Origin: Octopus sinensis
Taxonomy: Eukaryota
Assembly: GCF_006345805.1 (NCBI RefSeq)
Contig: NC_043026.1
Location: 14,301,579-14,365,578, forward strand
DNA length: 64,000 nucleotides
Direction of reading: 5' to 3'
Below are positions 32,523 to 43,882 of the stretch, in pieces; position 1 is the stretch's first letter; each line of letters opens with the position of its first letter. The notes beneath the pieces were generated by a model. The model ran no database searches and had not been told where the DNA came from. It worked only from the letters and a program-made list of their open reading frames with translations. The position numbers and the translations under genes are program-made.

Positions 32523-34272
32523 CTGAAGAGAGGATAGGATAATTAATTAATTAATCATTCAAGGAAGGACTATACACTGATGAGGTGCTGAAAAATTCCT
32601 AGATTTTGGTAAAAGAAAATACAGGAGGACCAGTTAATTATGATTTCAGGAGTGGCTGTGTGGTAAGTAGCTTGCTTACCAACCACACGGTCCCGGGTTC
32701 AGTCCCACTGCGTGGCACCTTGGGAAAGTGTCTTCTACTATAGCCTCGGGCCGACCAAAGCCGTGTGAGTGGATTTGGTAGGCGGAAACTGAAAGAAGCC
32801 TGTCATATATATATATATAATATATATATATATGTATACATATATGTGCGTGTTTGTGTTTGTATGTCTGTCTTTGTCCCACCAACATCGCTTGACAACC
32901 GATGCTGGTATGTTTACGTCCCCGTTACTTAGCGGTTCGGCAAAAGAGACCGATAGAATAAGTACTCGGCTTACAAAGAATAAGTCCTGGGGTCAATTTG
33001 CTCGACTAATATGTATGTTCCTCATATGCTCCTCATATGTATGTTCATTTCTTCAACCACATTTGTCTGGGGTTTGATCCCTCCACTGTACAGCATTATA
33101 TCTGCAAGTATCTTTTGCCTATCCACTGAAGGTTAACCAAAGCTTCACTGTAGCCATGTATTTCCTTTATCACACAAGTACTGGTGGCATGAAAAATGGT
33201 GATCACTAACGTACTGTAAAGTGGTTGGCATGAGAAAGGCAGCGAGCTGGCAGAATCGTTAGCACGCCGGGCGAAATGCGTAGCCGTATTTCGTCTGCCG
33301 TTACGTTCTGAGTTCAAATTCCGCCGAGGTCGACTTTGCCTTTCATCCTTTCAGGGTCGATGAATTAAGTACCAGTTACGCACTGGGGTCGATATAATCA
33401 ACTTAATCTGTTTGTCTGTCCTCTCTGTGTTTAGCCCCTTGTGGGTAGTAAAGATATAGGTATTTTGTCTGCCCCTACGTTCTGAGTTCAAATTCCGCCG
33501 AGGTCAACTTTGCCTTTCATCCTTTCGGGGTCGATAAATTAAGTACCAGTTACGCACTGGGGTCGATGTAATCAACTTAATCTGTTTGTCTGTCGTCTCT
33601 GTGTTTAGCCCCTTGTGGGTAGTAAAGAAATAGGTATTTTGTCTGCCCCTACGTTCTGAGTTCAAATTCCGCCGAGGTCAACTTTGCCTTTCATCCTTTC
33701 GGGGCTGATAAATTAAGTACCAGTTATGCACTGGGGTCGATGTAATCGACTTAATCTGTTTGTCTGTCCTTGTTTGTCCTCTCTGTATTTAGCCCCTTGT
33801 GGGTAGTAAAGAAATAGGTATTTCGTCTGCCGTTACGTTCTGAGTTCAAATTCCGCCAAGGTCGACTTTGCCTTTCATCCTTTCGGGCTCGATAACTTAA
33901 AGTACCAGTTGCGCACTGGGGTCGATGTAATCGACTTAATCTGTTTGTCTGTCTCTGTTTGTCTCCTCTATGTTTAGCCCCTTGTGGGTAGTAAAGAAAT
34001 GAGAAAGGACACCAACACAGCCCTGCACCTTTACTGGATCCTGTCCAACCCATGCCAGCATAGAAAATCGGCGTTAAATGAAGATGATGATATATACATC
34101 TCTCAGCAGGCCTGGTGCACCGTCACCCCCACCCAAGCTGACCTTCCCGATTTTTTTTTTTCACCGGATTCCTATGTTTTCGATGACAGAGATTCAGAAA
34201 ATGCAAAAAACACATTTTCAAAATTTTAAATTCCCCACCAATTTAAAGGAAAAATAAAGGGAAAAAACAAAC

Positions 34273-34530
34273 CTTCTTCTTGAACCGGTCCCTATCATCC
34301 CTCATGGTACACATGTGAACCTTCATTGTGTTCAGCTCAACCTCCTGTCGTCCAACCTGCTCTGTGAGGGTGTTGTTATGTTGTCGTACGTTGTTGAGTT
34401 CGTCCTGAAGGTCAGAGGTTGGAGGTAGGTCGTTAGAGGGTGGTGGTGGAGGTGGGTGGAAGGTCGGCTTCAACTTCCGACTCATGTTCTTCGCTGAATC
34501 AAAGCTAAACTCCTTCACTTTCTTACAAAT
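34273..34530 (-). CDS. MCC: MCC exon (ICKKVKEF...QDELNNVRQHNNTLTEQVGRQEVELNTMKVHMCTMRDDRDRFKKK)
   Basis: cccacAG acceptor, AAG|GTTTGT donor, 258 nt, phase 0 to 0; coiled-coil heptads aligning to MCC ...MNAIREERDRLRRR. Confidence 0.92.
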
Positions 34531-34542
34531 CTGTGGGAGATG

Positions 34543-34544
<2 letters not shown>

Positions 34545-34579
<35 letters not shown>

Positions 34580-34730
34580 TATAGCGGCGAAAGAATTTGA
34601 CAAGATTAGTAAATATAAAGACTTGCTAATAGAAATTGAAAAAATGTGGTATCTCAAGGCGACTACAGTACCAGTCATTGTAGGATCTCTAGGAATGATA
34701 AAAAAAGGTACTGAAACCTATTTGAAAAAC
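34545..34730 (+). mobile_element. R4/Dong-clade LINE fragment (restriction-like endonuclease) preceded by (AAT)n
   Basis: NIAAKEFDKISKYKDLLIEIEKMWYLKATTVPVIVGSLGMIKKGTETYLKN in ORF 34533..34814. Confidence 0.75.
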
Positions 34731-35544
34731 ATGTGCAGTTTAATGCAATGCAGGAACTGGCTGATGTCAGTGTGGGTCCCATATGTGGAAGCACTCAGTC
34801 GGTTACGACGATGAGGGTTCCGGTTGATCCAATAACGGAACAGCCTGCTCGTGAAATTAACGTGTAAGTGGCTGAGCACTCCACAGACACGTGTACCCTT
34901 AATGCAGTTCTCGGGGATATTCAGCGTGACACAGAGAGTGACAAGGCCGGCCCCTTTGAAATACAGGTACAACAGAAACAGGAAGTAAGAGTGAGAGAAA
35001 GTTGTGGTGAAAGAGTACAGCAGGGATCACCACCATCCCCTGCCGGAGCCTCGGATGGAAGCACTCCGTCGGTTCCGACGATGAGGGTTCCGGTTGATCC
35101 AATCAACGGAACAGCCTGCTCGTGAAATTAACGTGTAAGTGGCTGAGCACTCCACAGACACGTGTACCCTTAATGCAGTTCTCGGGGATATTCAGCGTGA
35201 CACAGAGAGTGACAAGGCCGGCCCTTTGAAATACAGGTACAACAGAAACAGGAAGTAAGAGTGAGAGAAAGTTGTGGTGAAAGAGTACAGCAGGGATCAC
35301 CACCATCCCTGCTGGAGCCTCGTGGAGCTTTAGGTGTTTTCGCTCAATAAACACTCACAACACCTGGTCTGGGAATCGAAACCGCGATCCTACGACCGCG
35401 AATCCGCTGCCCTAACCACTGGGCCATTGCGCCTCCGGGTCCCATATATACATATAAGCAACAAGGATTTCTATGCAGCTGAAAATTGCTCTACATTTTA
35501 AATTGATGTAATGATTGCATTGTTCAATTAAATGGTGGGGGGGG

Positions 35545-36688
35545 GGACGGTATCTTTTTTTCTTCACAAATGTAAATAAACCCAATCTGTTTCTTAAACG
35601 AGGGACATATTCATACGACACAGAATGTTTTTTTTTACCTCAATGGACATCATTGATTGGTTGAAATTGAAGAAAAACAACAACAAATATCTTACAAACT
35701 ATAGAACTTTCTCAATAAAGCCAAGAGAAAAAGATGTTTTATAAACACATTCTACCAGTATACGAAGTTTAAAATCTTTTAGTTACCTAGAAATTATGTT
35801 AAAAACTGCCGTTCAAACCGAAAAGATCCATATCTTGCAAACTATAGAATTTTCTCAAGAAAGCCAAGAGAAAAAGATGTTTTATAAACACATTCTACCA
35901 GTATACGAAGTTTAAAATATTTTAGTTACCTAGAAATTATGTTAAAAACTGCCGTTCAAACCGAAAAGATCCATATCTTACAAACTATAGAATTTTCTCA
36001 ATAAAGCCAAGAGAAAAAGATGTTTTATAAACACATTCTACCAGTATACGAAGTTTAAAATTTTTTAGTTACCTAGAAATTATGTTAAAAACTGCCGTTC
36101 AAACCGAAAAGACCAAATATCTTACAAACTATAGAATTTTCTCAATAAAGCCAAGAGAAAAAGATGTTTTATAAACACATTCTACCAGTATACGAAGTTT
36201 AAAATTTTTTAGTTACCTAGAAATTATGTTAAAAACTGCCGTTCAAACCGAAAAGACCAAATATCTTACAAACTATAGAATTTTCTCAATAAAGCCAAGA
36301 AAAAAGATGTTTTATAAACACATTCTACCAGTATACGAAGTTTAACATTTTTTAGTTACCTAGAAATTATGTTAAAAACTGCCGTTCAAACCGAAAAGAC
36401 CAAATATCTTACAAACTATAGAATTTTCTCAATAAAGCCAAGAAAAAAGATGTTTTATAAACACATTCTACCAGTATACGAAGTTTAAAATTTTTTAGTT
36501 ACCTAGAAATTATGTTAAAAACTGCCGTTCAAACCGAAAAGACCAAATATCTTACAAACTATAGAATTTTCTCAATAAAGCCAAGAAAAAAGATGTTTTA
36601 TAAACACATTCTACCAGTATACGAAGTTTAACATTTTTTAGTTACCTAGAAATTATGTTAAAAACTGCCGTTCAAACCGAAAAGATCC
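35545..36688. repeat. DNA-transposon MITE whose terminal ~143-bp segment is amplified ~7 times
   Basis: AAACTATAG recurs at 35696, 35839, 35982, 36126, 36270, 36413, 36556; ends in TIR ...CCGAAAAGATCC. Confidence 0.9.
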
Positions 36689-36700
36689 TACACTGCTTAC

Positions 36701-37125
36701 CTGCATTACATTATCTTCAAAGCTATCCATGTGCGGGGCCATGCTACGACTTTTTGTCATTTTCACATTTCTCTTGTCTACTACCATTACATCATCATCA
36801 TCATCATCGTCGTCCTCATCGTCGTAGTCTTCGTCATGATGATGAGGATGATGATCATCATCATCACCTTCAACATCGCCATCATCGTTGTCATCATCTT
36901 CACCATCATTGTCGTTCTCCCTGTCAGCATCCCTTCTGTTTATTGCTTTAACCATACCGGTGCCGACACCCCCACCATCACCACCACCAGTGTCACCATC
37001 ACTGGAGGTGCCAGTGTCGGCCGCAGCAGCCAACCGTGTGACTGCTGTAAGGTTTTTCCGGCTGAGTGAGGGCAGCCCGTGAACCAAGCCATGTGTGTAG
37101 TCGGCATTTATTTCTGGCCCGATAT
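36701..37125 (-). CDS. MCC: MCC exon with Gly/Asp/His-rich low-complexity segment (D-IGPEINADY...SFEDNVMQ)
   Basis: ctgcAG acceptor, CAG|GTAAGC donor, 425 nt open, phase 1 to 0 fitting both neighbours; within ORF 36653..37237. Confidence 0.82.
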
Positions 37126-37237
37126 CTGCAGCTGGAGGAAAGAAAAGAGAAAGGAAAAGGAAATGAATATGCAGTAGGGGGTGATTTGATGAGATTTGGT
37201 TATTTCTATCGGATCCTTTATAGTTATCTATACACAC

Positions 37238-37273
<36 letters not shown>

Positions 37274-37370
37274 ATAATATTAGGGAATAAATCCAAACTT
37301 ACAGGGAAAAATGAGATTTAGGATTAAATCCAATTTTATAGTATAAACATATTATATTATATTATATTGA

Positions 37371-37661
37371 ATTAGAGATAAAACCACTATTAGGCAAATC
37401 AAACAGTGAAAAACATAAACCAATACATAAAATTAATTTAAAAATATAAAAGTTAAAAATAAAAAATTATTTAAATAATTTAAACTTATAAATTTTATAT
37501 ATATATTGTATGTATATTTTATATTTATATATTATTTTATTTATTAATTAATTAAGTTATTTATTTATTTATTTATTTTTATGTTTTTTTGTTTTTAAAT
37601 TTTTTTTTTATATATATCAAAAGTATTAAAAGTTTAAGTGGTTTTATCTCTAATTTAATAT

Positions 37662-37705
<44 letters not shown>

Positions 37706-37991
37706 TGAATTAGAGATAAAACCACTATTAGGCAAATCAAACAGTGAAAAACATAAACCAATACATAAAATTAATTTAAAAATATAAAAGTTAAAAATAA
37801 AAAATTATTTAAATAATTTAAACTTATAAATTTTATATATATATTGTATGTATATTTTATATTTATATATTATTTTATTTATTAATTAATTAAGTTATTT
37901 ATTTATTTATTTATTTTTATGTTTTTTTGTTTTTAAATTTTTTTTTTATATATATCAAAAATATTAAAAGTTTAAGTGGTTTTATCTCTAA

Positions 37992-37992
<1 letters not shown>
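37371..37992. repeat. Two tandem AT-rich ~284-bp units, each bounded by 18-bp inverted repeats
   Basis: ATTAGAGATAAAACCACT...AGTGGTTTTATCTCTAAT at 37371-37654 and 37709-37992. Confidence 0.8.
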
Positions 37993-38051
<59 letters not shown>

Positions 38052-39169
38052 ATATATATATACACACATATATATATATATCTTGAAACCTCCTCCCTAT
38101 CTTTCTCACTCTCTAAATACATATGTGGATATATATGAATGTATATGTATGTTTGTATATGTGCAGATGAAACTACACATGTACTGATCAGCTACATGTT
38201 GCATTCTCAAAGACTTGCAAATTATCTGATGTGAGAGTTAACGTTACCAACACTGACAAACAAGGGAAAAGAAGAGGGAGAACTTTCACCAAGGACATAA
38301 TCTGCAAAGAAGTATTGTATGAAACGTGTATTGGCTCTGAACCATTGCCTTGGCTTATAAGTTACCAACAATGTGATTTTCAGAGTATGCCACATTGCAT
38401 TAAATTTTTACCCCTGTGAAATTGTGACTCCTCTATAGTTTATATATAAAATAATTTTTTTACTATAGAATTTTTGTTTCATCATCCTCATCATCATCAC
38501 TTAATGTCCGTTTTCCATGCTAGCATGCATTGGACGATTTTGACTGAGGGCTGGCGAGCCAGATGGCTGCACCAGGTTCCAACCTTGATCTGGCAGAGTT
38601 TCTACAGCTGGATGCCCTTCCTAACGCCAACCACTCTGAGAGTGTAGTGGGTGCTTTTTAGGTGCCACCTTCACGAGGGCCAGTCAGGCGGTACTGGCAA
38701 TGACCTCGCTCAAATCTTTTTACACATGCCACCGACACAGGTGCCAGTGAAGCAGCGTTGGTAACGATCACGCTCGAATGGTGCCCTTTTACATGCCATG
38801 GGCACGGACGCCAGTTGGCTGCTCTGGAAAAGTATGAATTGATCATGCTTGGATGGTGTTCTTGGCACCCTACTAGCACAGGCATAAGTGCCAGCATACA
38901 TACATATTAAAAAACATGCATATATACTGAAAATAAAATAAATATATGGGGAGAGAGAGGGGAAGCACATATTGAGCAGAAGTCAGCAATGCTTGTCTAG
39001 AGTTTAGGTCCAATAAGGCTTGCATGACACCTCATAGACCCTCTCCACTCTATTGACATTATTCAGAGACAAACCAGAGTGAGATGTCTGGAGTCAATAT
39101 GAGTCGCAGGCTCAGGGATTTGGGAGCGCCAGGATCTCTAGCACAAACCAAAGATCCCAAAATGTCCAA

Positions 39170-40100
39170 TGTCTATTTATCATAGTCCTCCAGGCAATAA
39201 CAGAGGAATTCAAGACAGGATGCCCCTGGGAGCTTCTCTATGCATCAGCAGAGAGGAACTCCCAGGGATCATCAGACCTTGCTCTAATTGCTGAGTTACT
39301 ACCAGAACTAGAGGAAAAGTTTCAGGTGTGGAAGTAAGGATTCGAACCAAAGGGCCTTAGAATCAACCTAGCTAAAACCAAAGTCTTATTAAGTAGGAAG
39401 GCAGATAAACCACGCATCCCTTCAGGTAGACGGCCCTGCTCGATCTGTAGCAAAGGTGTAGGTAGAAACTCCATAAGATGTACCCAGTGTAAGCTATGGA
39501 CACATAAGAGATGCAGCAATATCAAAGGAAGGCTAACTGGGAAGATAGTTTTTATATGTGGCAAATGCTCAGGAGCAATAAACACTGAAAATGTGCAGAG
39601 ACCAACTTCTGCCACATTCCAGGGAGGAAAACTAGAAGTAGTTGATAGCTTCCGTGACCAAGTCAAAAGTGGGAGTGGTTGCTCTGAAAGTGTAACTGCT
39701 AGAATAAGAATAGCCAGGGCAAAGTTCAGAGAGCTCTTACCTCTGCAGGTGACAAAGGGCCTCTCGCTCAAAGTAAAAGACAGACCGTATGACGCATGTG
39801 TACAAACAGCCATGCAACATGACAGTGAAACATGGGCCGTGACTGCTGAGGACGTGTGTAAGCTTGCAAGGAATGAAACCAGTATGCTCCACTGGATGTG
39901 TAATGTCAGTGTGCATACTCAAAAGAGTGTAAGCGCCCTGAGAGAAAAGTTGGACTAAAGAAGCATCAGATGTGGTGTGCAAAGAGAGACGACTGTGCTG
40001 GTATGGTCATGTGTTGCAAATGGATGAGGACAGCTGTGTTAAAAAGCATCACACCCTAGCAGTTGAGGGAACCTGTGGAAGAGGTAGACCCAGGAAGAAA
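39170..40100 (+). mobile_element. RTE-type LINE ORF2 fragment with Cys/His finger inside the RT region
   Basis: LFIIVLQAITEEFKTGCPWELLYA(DD disrupted)...GLRINLAKTK...CSICSKGVGRNSIRCTQCKLWTHKRC...CGKC...LCWYGHV...GRGRPRK; stops and frameshifts present. Confidence 0.85.
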
Positions 40101-40524
40101 TTAACATATGAGTGGCTGAGTGTTCCACAGACAAGCATACCCTTAACGTAGTTTTCAGGAAGATTCAGCATGACACAGAATGTGACAAAGCTGGCCCTTT
40201 GAATTAAAGGGACAACCAAGTTGAGCAAATTGGAGCAGTTTTAATTTAATGCTGTTTCAATTGCATTCACTAAGTATAAATGCACACACACACAATCATA
40301 TACATCTATATATATACAACTCAACTTGTGTGTTTAACTTCCTGGCACATCTCCTCCTAGCCAACAAATCGTAGAACCACCAAAAATGGGTCACTTAAAG
40401 TTTAGGCGAATGAAAATTGAACTGCGCTATTTCTGTTCCGAAATTCATCTCGCAAGTGCAAAAATCGATAATGTGTTTGTTTAGGCCTTATTCCATGGAT
40501 TGAATAGTGAACTTTACTCAGTCA

Positions 40525-41090
40525 GCTGTTTGACGTGAACCGTGTTCACCACGTGTGCAAGCATGCATAAATAGCATGAAAAATAAAAATTCAAGATATA
40601 AAAACGAATCGCCGTAAACATTGTAGAAATTCAGCAATGAAATGAATTTTCGGGATGTAGCCCGGAGGGTTTTTTCGTATTAATCGTTTGGACTTTGTGA
40701 ACACATACCAATTGTTTTCATAACATTTTTAACGCTTTGAATTAAATGTGACCATTTTGCGTTGAGTCTGCAGTTTGAATCACTTTAATTTTAGCAGGCC
40801 GGATTTTTGATCATCCCAATACTGTGCACGTAAACTTAGCTGTTTGACGTGAACTGTGTTCACCACGCGTGCAAGCATGCATAAATTGCATGAAAAATAA
40901 AAAATCATGATATAAAAACGAATTTTCGAGATGTAGCCTGGAGGGTTTTTTCGTATTAATCGTTTGGACTTTGTGAACACATACCAATTGTTTTCATAAC
41001 ATTTTTAACGCTTTGAATTAAATGTGACCATTTTGTGTTGAGTCTGCAGTTTGAATCACTTTAATTTTAGCAGGCCGGATTTTTGATCAT
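40525..41090. repeat. ~250-bp direct duplication (40525-40810 and 40838-41090) within a probable transposon remnant
   Basis: Shared AGCTGTTTGACGTGAAC...GCAGGCCGGATTTTTGATCATC; the second copy lacks an internal block. Confidence 0.75.
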
Positions 41091-41254
41091 CACGATACAT
41101 CGCCAGCAACTCCCTGAAATCCCCGTTGAGAAATCTATTATATATATAACAATACTTTGAATGTGACTCCTGAGAAAGAGTAAAAGTAATTATCCGATGA
41201 ACGATGAGTATTACTGCTAGTATATACATACATGCACATATGGTTAGCACTTAC

Positions 41255-41385
41255 CTATGCTTGCTGCCAGTGACTCATTAGCATTATTCTCATTTAGACT
41301 AATGACATCATTAACACTACCCAAGTCATCATTGCTTTTGGCACTTTGCCCAGCATCTGACTGGTCTTCATATTCATCTTCTTCT
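41255..41385 (-). CDS. MCC: MCC exon (R-EEDEYEDQSDAGQSAKSNDDLGSVNDVISLNENNANESLAASI)
   Basis: ttttaattAG acceptor, G|GTAAGT donor, 131 nt, phase 2 to 1. Completes the REEDEY motif begun in the previous exon. Too short for the ORF track. Confidence 0.9.
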
Positions 41386-42034
41386 CTAATTAAAATAAAA
41401 AAATAACTTAATTAACAATTTCATAACTAATCAATCAATACATAAATACTAAGCAGAGTAATTAATTATTTAATTTAACCATCCAAACGTGGCCATTGCC
41501 AGTGCCGCCCCGACGGGCCTCCGTGCTGGTTGGACGTAAAAAGCACCATCCAATTGTGGCCGTTTGCCATCCTCGCCTGGCCCCCATGCCAGTGGCACGC
41601 AAAAAGCACCATCCGATCATGGCCGTTGCCAGCCTCGCCTGGCCCCCGTGCTGGTGGCACGTAAAAAGCACCATCAGATCATGGCCATTTGCCATCCTCG
41701 TCTGGCACCTGTGTCAGTGGCACATAAAAAGCACCCACTACACTCTCGGAGTGGTTGGCATTAGGAAGGGCATCCAGCTGTAGAAACTCTGCCAGATCAA
41801 GATTGAAGCCTGGTGCAGCCATCTGGCAAGCCAGCCCTCAGTCAAAATCGTCCAACCCATGCAAGCATGGAAAACGGACGTTAAACGATGATGATGATGA
41901 TATTAGTGATAAGAAGTAGAGAAAGAGTATTTCGAATTGGTGGTAGAATGACCAGTGTCCATTGTAGAAGTAATAAAAGAGGCTAAGTGAGGAGACAGTG
42001 TGTCTGTGACCGGTCAGGTATTGGAAACTATTTG

Positions 42035-42435
42035 GGATCTTTTCGGTTTTAACGGCAGTTTTTAACATAATTTCTAGGTAACTAAAAAATTTTAAACTTC
42101 GTATACTGGTAGAATGTGTTTATAAAACATCTTTTTCTCTTAGCTTTATTGAGAAAATTCTATAGTTTGTAAGATAATTATTGTTGTTTTTCTGCATTTT
42201 CAACCAATCAATGACGTCCATTGAGTTAAAAACATTCTGTGCCGTATGAATATGTCCCTCGTTTAAGAAACAGATTGGGTTTATTTACATTTGTGAAGAA
42301 AAAAAGATACCCTTCCCCCTACCCCTAACCCTAAAATAAATTGAAATGCAATAGATCGATACTAGGGTCATAACTATGGGTGACAATTTCATATGACACC
42401 GCTAGAAAAAACTGTCGTTCAAACCGAAAAGATCC
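42035..42435. mobile_element. Single-unit MITE, ~30-bp TIRs GGATCTTTTCGGTTT(G/T)AACGGCAGTTTTT, 8-bp TSD
   Basis: TSD ACTATTTG / GCTATTTG (7 of 8); parent of the 143-bp arrays; superfamily unresolved. Confidence 0.75.
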
Positions 42436-43739
42436 GCTATTTGTTATATCCTTATGTTGTTTGAAGTTTATATGCTGTGCACGTAAACTTAGCTTTCAGT
42501 GTTTAACAAAGTCAGGAACCAGTTGTCACCTGCAAAAGTGTATAGTTTAACCCTTTTGTTACCACATTCCTGTTGAGATGCTCTGTGTTTCTTTCAATTA
42601 ATTTTAAATATGACAAAGAATTTAGTAAAATAACTTCGTTTTAAGCTAGAGTTAGGAACATAAATTGTGACTAAGGTTTGGTGGAAGATTTTAATTCAAA
42701 ACTTATGAAAACAAGATATTTGTACTACAGAGCCAGAGGTAGTTTCAGCCAGATTGGTATTGAAAGGGTTAAAAACATCTCTACATTTGGGCAGATGGAC
42801 ATTAGAAGCAGTTGAAAGGGTGTGGATTGAAGGAAATTTAGGCTATTATTTCTAGCATATAGAGTGACCACATTGAGGTCTCCTTCTCTCATGTTTTCTG
42901 CTGATTATTTTTCTTCATAACCCTTTTGTTACTGTATTTATTTTGAGATGCTCTGTGTTTCTTTCAATTGCTTTAAATATAACAAAGAATTTAGTAAAAT
43001 AACTTAATTATCATTCAGCTAGTGTTAGGAACATAAATTGTGACTAAGGTTTGGTGGAAGATTTTAATACAAAACTTATGAAAACAAGACATTTGGTAAC
43101 GAAAGGGTTAATAGCATGGATCCTGCTTTTACTAATTGTTTTAGGTGTCTAGTAGGTGCAAGTAGACCTTGACACACTGTTAGCTCCCTCATCCACAGAT
43201 CCAGTGGTACATCCAGGATATGAAGGCAGCAAGGTCCAATCTTATTACTACACATTTCATTTTCATTTTCATCTAGTTTCAGCTCACGAGCTGTGGCCAT
43301 GCTGGGGCACCGCCATTATATTTTTACATGCATTCCTTTATGTTTTTAAAATATGAAAACACAAGCATTTGTTTGTATGAATAGTTATAAATTATAATGA
43401 TTTGTAGAGGCGTAGGAGTGGCTGTGTGGTGGCGAGCTGGCAGAAACGTTAGCACGCCGGGCGAAATGCTTAGCGGTATTTCGTCTGCGTTACGTTGTGA
43501 GTTCAAATTCCGCCGAGGTCGACTTTGCCTTTCATCCTTTCGGGGTCGATAAATTAAGTACCAGTTACACACTGGGGTCGATGTAATCGACTTAATACCT
43601 ATGTCTGTCCTTGTTTGTCCGCTCTGTGTTTAGCCCCTTGTGGGTAATAAAGAAATAAGTAGCTTGCTGGACCCTGATTGAACTGGGGTTTTTTAAAAGC
43701 AACGACAATATGGCTAGATAACAATGTTTGTACCAGTAC

Positions 43740-43882
43740 CTTATAATATTTATGTTGTGTCTATCAATTTTCTTGCGTAGCTCAGCGATGACGCTATGAA
43801 GTTCTGTGATCCTCTCCTCGTAGCGAGATGTGATTTTCTCCACTTTATCTTCATAGTCTCGTTGTATACGTAATTTATCAGT
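43740..43882 (-). CDS. MCC: MCC orthologue, most 5' coding exon found (TDKLRIQRDYEDKVEKITSRYEERITELHSVIAELRKKIDRHNINII-R)
   Basis: Acceptor tttcacAG, donor AG|GTACTG, 143 nt, phase 0 to 2. RYEERITELHSVIAEL matches the vertebrate MCC motif as I recall it. Confidence 0.93.

Noticed and set aside
32572-32605. CTGATGA-GGTGCT-GAAA hammerhead-like hit (also CTGATGA hits near 128, 4882, 16433, 23075, 62210)
   Set aside because: No viable stem II or stem I, or no downstream GAAA; chance heptamers within SINE or transposase sequence.
42318-42335. CCCTAACCCTAA telomere-like motif
   Set aside because: Only about two units, internal to a MITE; not an interstitial telomeric array.
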